Assembly: GCA_045531105.1 (NCBI GenBank) | Contig: JAZSDJ010000058.1 | Location: 1 to 41,879 of the forward strand | Source: Eubacteriales bacterium | GTDB lineage: Bacteria > Bacillota > Clostridia > Oscillospirales > CAG-272 | Reading direction: 5' to 3' | DNA: 41,879 bases | Shown: positions 39,634 to 41,879 of the stretch, in pieces | How positions within the stretch are numbered: the stretch's first letter is position 1 | Layout: every line of letters starts with the position of its first letter | The notes under the pieces: model-generated | The model's input: only the letters and a program-made list of their open reading frames with translations | Databases searched by the model: none | What the model was told of the DNA's origin: nothing | Made by a program: the position numbers and the translations under genes

Positions 39634-40032
39634 GTGGAGAACATAGAGATATTTGATTTTACTTGTAATGGTAAATGTTCAAATTGTGGTCAATGCTGCA
39701 GTAATTTGTTGCCTTTATCGGATAGTGAGGTCAAACGAATAAAACAGTACATTAAAAAGAACAATATCAAAGAGCAAAGACACAATGCAATGGTCGGTGT
39801 TGATATGACTTGCCCTTTTCGTGATGAAGCAAATAAAAAGTGTTTGATTTACGAAATTCGACCCGAAATCTGCCGACAGTTTATGTGCAACCATACAAAA
39901 GAGGATATTATGGCTTGGAAGATTGATTTTCATAAAAAGTTTAACCCTGTATTTATGCGAAATGAATTTTACGGCAATAAAGAAGATGTTGAATTGTTTG
40001 TGAATATGTTGCGAGGTATTGCGAATGGCTGA
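39634..40032 (+). CDS. YkgJ-family (CxxCxxCC) zinc/iron-chelating domain protein
   Basis: CNGKCSNCGQCCSNLLPL...CPFRD...KCLIYEIRPEICRQFMC. Confidence 0.65.
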   Translation: MENIEIFDFTCNGKCSNCGQCCSNLLPLSDSEVKRIKQYIKKNNIKEQRHNAMVGVDMTCPFRDEANKKCLIYEIRPEICRQFMCNHTKEDIMAWKIDFHKKFNPVFMRNEFYGNKEDVELFVNMLRGIANG

Positions 40033-40315
40033 TATTTCAAAGTTAGAACAACAGGCAATGCAATTAGACCAAGAAACCATTGACAAAGCAGTTGAGGCAA
40101 TACAAAAGTTAGCGGAAGTTATTGTTGATGTGTGGAATAAGGTTGTCGAGGTTGTCAAAAATGTATTCAATGCGTTTTGGGAAGCATTAAGGGGATTTAT
40201 GAAGCAAGTAAACCCTAAAATATATCACCTTGCATATTATCATAAAAAACACAGGGTAAGAAAGAAAAATAAAAAGAGATTGTTTCTCTTATTTAGGCGG
40301 TGGTTAAATGGCTGA
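40025..40315 (+). CDS. hypothetical helical protein with basic tail
   Basis: ORF in the track. ATG 40025. Confidence 0.4.
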   Translation: MADISKLEQQAMQLDQETIDKAVEAIQKLAEVIVDVWNKVVEVVKNVFNAFWEALRGFMKQVNPKIYHLAYYHKKHRVRKKNKKRLFLLFRRWLNG

Positions 40316-41507
40316 ATTAGACAACATTTCAAAATTGCAGAGTTATGAGGAATACATCGCAAACAATATCACCGAATGGGAAGCGGAGAGCATAGCGAGA
40401 GTTTGCCGAAAGGTTGGCAAAATCGGGAGAATGAGCAAAAAAGAGCTTGAAAAGCTCGATGCCGACAAAGAGGCAAAAAAAGAGTGGGAGCGAATTGTGG
40501 CAGCTCTTGCGATTGCAACGGCATTGAATATCCGCACACTCAAAAAGGCGTATATAAGCGAGTTTGAGGCGTGGGAGAAGCAGAACGAGTATTTATACCA
40601 ATACAGAGGTAAAAAGCCGTTAGGCGTGAAAAATGGGGCTTTACAGAGCATTATAGAAAAGGCAGTAAAGCAGAACGGAAAAGAAATCCTAAACCTCACC
40701 AACACAAAGGCTCTTTCAGTGCTTGATAGTAACGGAAATCCGATCCGTTTTCAAGATGCGATTTACAAGTCATTCGGAGATGCCGTCAAGACTGTTACAG
40801 AGGGCAAGGCTGATTTTTATACAAAGATGCGACAGACGGTGCAAAATCTCGGTGGCGGTGGTTGCCGTGTAAACTATGGCGAGGGCATTACAAGGCGTTT
40901 AGATACGGTTGTAAGGCAGAATATGTTGTATGGTATCAAACAGGCGAATGGAGAATATAATGAGCGTATAGGCGAAGAAATCGGTGCTACGGGCTATGAA
41001 ATAGATTATCATTCAAATTCACGCCCCACTCACCGCTTTATGCAGGGAAGACAGTTTTGCATCGGAGAGTCAAAAACAATCAATGGAAAGCATTTTAACG
41101 GAATGGAAGATACAAGGGATGCCGAAAGCGGAAAGAACGTAACCGAGAGTTTGCAAGACTATGGATGCCGCCACTATAAGACCGCTATTATTTGTGGCGT
41201 TTCCGAACCGAGATATTCCGCAGAGGAATTGAGGCGGTTTGATGAGCAGGACAAACGGCTTTACAAGATCGGAAACATCGAAAAGGACGGCTACGGTTGG
41301 AGTCAGTCGATGCGAGTTTGCGAAACCGAAATCCGCAGATGCAAAGATGAGATCAATGCGCTCAAAGCGTTCGGAAATAGCGAAGCGGAGATAAAGGCAC
41401 TCCGACAGCGTATCAAGACCGTTCGTGCAAAGTACAATGAGATTGCAGAAATCACAGGCATCAGTCAAGAGCCAAAGCGAATGAGTGTACCGAGGGTAAA
41501 CAAATGA
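40308..41507 (+). CDS. head morphogenesis protein (SPP1 gp7 / Mu F-like minor capsid protein)
   Basis: GYEIDYHSNSRPTHRFMQGRQF core motif. 399 aa. Confidence 0.75.
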   Translation: MAELDNISKLQSYEEYIANNITEWEAESIARVCRKVGKIGRMSKKELEKLDADKEAKKEWERIVAALAIATALNIRTLKKAYISEFEAWEKQNEYLYQYRGKKPLGVKNGALQSIIEKAVKQNGKEILNLTNTKALSVLDSNGNPIRFQDAIYKSFGDAVKTVTEGKADFYTKMRQTVQNLGGGGCRVNYGEGITRRLDTVVRQNMLYGIKQANGEYNERIGEEIGATGYEIDYHSNSRPTHRFMQGRQFCIGESKTINGKHFNGMEDTRDAESGKNVTESLQDYGCRHYKTAIICGVSEPRYSAEELRRFDEQDKRLYKIGNIEKDGYGWSQSMRVCETEIRRCKDEINALKAFGNSEAEIKALRQRIKTVRAKYNEIAEITGISQEPKRMSVPRVNK

Positions 41508-41695
41508 AAAAAACAATAAAAGCAATTATGATGATTGTCGGGTTTGTCGGTTTGTTGATTTGTGGTATATGGGCGACTGTATTACACTTTCAAAATCCCG
41601 ATATGACCGAAATGAGATTACTTCTTGAATTTCCCGAAATAACAATCATAGCACTTGTTTGTGGTATTGTTGGAATTATCGGAAAAGAAATATAA
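41504..41695 (+). CDS. small membrane protein (two TM segments)
   Basis: IMMIVGFVGLLICGIWATVL and ITIIALVCGIVGIIG. ATGA coupling. Confidence 0.5.
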   Translation: MKKTIKAIMMIVGFVGLLICGIWATVLHFQNPDMTEMRLLLEFPEITIIALVCGIVGIIGKEI

Positions 41696-41701
41696 CATCC
41701 C

Positions 41702-41732
41702 CCCTGCCCTAAAAAGCAGGGTTTTTTCTTTT
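41702..41732 (+). terminator. intrinsic terminator
   Basis: CCCTGC 41702-41707 pairs with GCAGGG 41716-41721, then TTTTTTCTTTT. Confidence 0.8.
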
Positions 41733-41734
41733 CT

Positions 41735-41793
41735 GTAAATAACATTTTTCAGCTATTTACGGCTATTTACAAAGTTATTTATCCAATATTTAC
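41735..41793 (+). repeat. iteron array, copy A (part left of the window junction)
   Basis: GTAAATAAC 41735-41743 (inverted). GCTATTTAC at 41752 and 41762. GTTATTTAT at 41774. ATATTTAC 41786-41793. Spacing is 10-12 nt. Confidence 0.75.
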
Positions 41794-41864
41794 CAATTTT
41801 ATTGTGCAATATATACAAAGAATAATACTATATAATATAGAATCTTTGTTATAAATATATACAA

Positions 41865-41879
41865 AATGATGATATTTTG
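41865..41879. repeat. terminal direct repeat, identical to 1-15
   Basis: AATGATGATATTTTG. Confidence 0.9.

Overview
The window looks like an essentially complete genome of a siphovirus-type tailed phage, about 41.86 kb. Its two ends share an identical 15-nt sequence, so it closes into a circle. Gene content points to a Gram-positive, probably Clostridia-like, host: an M23 endolysin with an SLH-like tail, a phi-LC3-type holin, an XhlA-like protein, a BspA-type LRR tail protein and SPP1-like head genes. All credible genes are on the + strand, tightly packed, with many ATGA/TAATG/GTGA overlaps. I saw no integrase or CI/Cro-type module.

Layout:
- 1-275: non-coding iteron/promoter region.
- 325-3648: early cassette with two Lar-like anti-restriction proteins (one frame-disrupted), an RHH protein, a minimal KxDG ligase, DUF551, and a Com-like zinc ribbon followed by a ParB-like protein.
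- 3810-15201: head and tail genes (scaffold, capsid, connectors, major tail protein, chaperones, 949-aa tape measure, distal tail proteins, LRR protein).
- 15221-15659: holin and XhlA-like protein.
- 15661-17430: operon with a metallophosphoesterase, a deoxyribosyltransferase-like protein and a sigma region-4-like protein.
- 17466-20996: odd cassette of low-complexity proteins (Cys-His-Asp enzyme, Q-rich, Gly/Cys-rich membrane, BclA/C1q-like, RGG/SY-rich).
- 21040-27092: replication/recombination module (P-loop ATPase, DUF669, GIY-YIG, dNTP pyrophosphohydrolase-like, divergent ThyX-like, CHC2 zinc-finger protein, VirE-type primase/helicase).
- 27093-27420: second copy of the iteron/promoter region.
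- 27469-29151: small-gene cassette.
- 29160-30386: operon of four tRNAs with the M23 endolysin embedded in it.
- 30404-34166: terS, terL, DNA methyltransferase, portal.
- 34171-37282: GC-rich fibre/collagen-like island.
- 37313-40315: promoter-driven accessory cassette.
- 40308-41695: SPP1 gp7/MuF-like head morphogenesis protein and a membrane protein.

Eight perfect TTGACA-N17-TATAAT promoters and several clear intrinsic terminators divide the genome into operons.

Most notable observations:
1. A duplicated origin-like iteron module.
2. The 17.5-21 kb coat/exosporium-like low-complexity cassette, which has an internal attenuator.
3. The GC-rich island plus accessory cassette that split the portal from gp7/MuF.
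4. A Lar homolog broken at an A7 run.
5. The endolysin embedded among tRNA genes.
6. A ThyX-like protein that lacks the canonical motif, adjacent to a dNTP pyrophosphohydrolase-like gene.

All functional calls come from motif recognition by eye. No database search was run.
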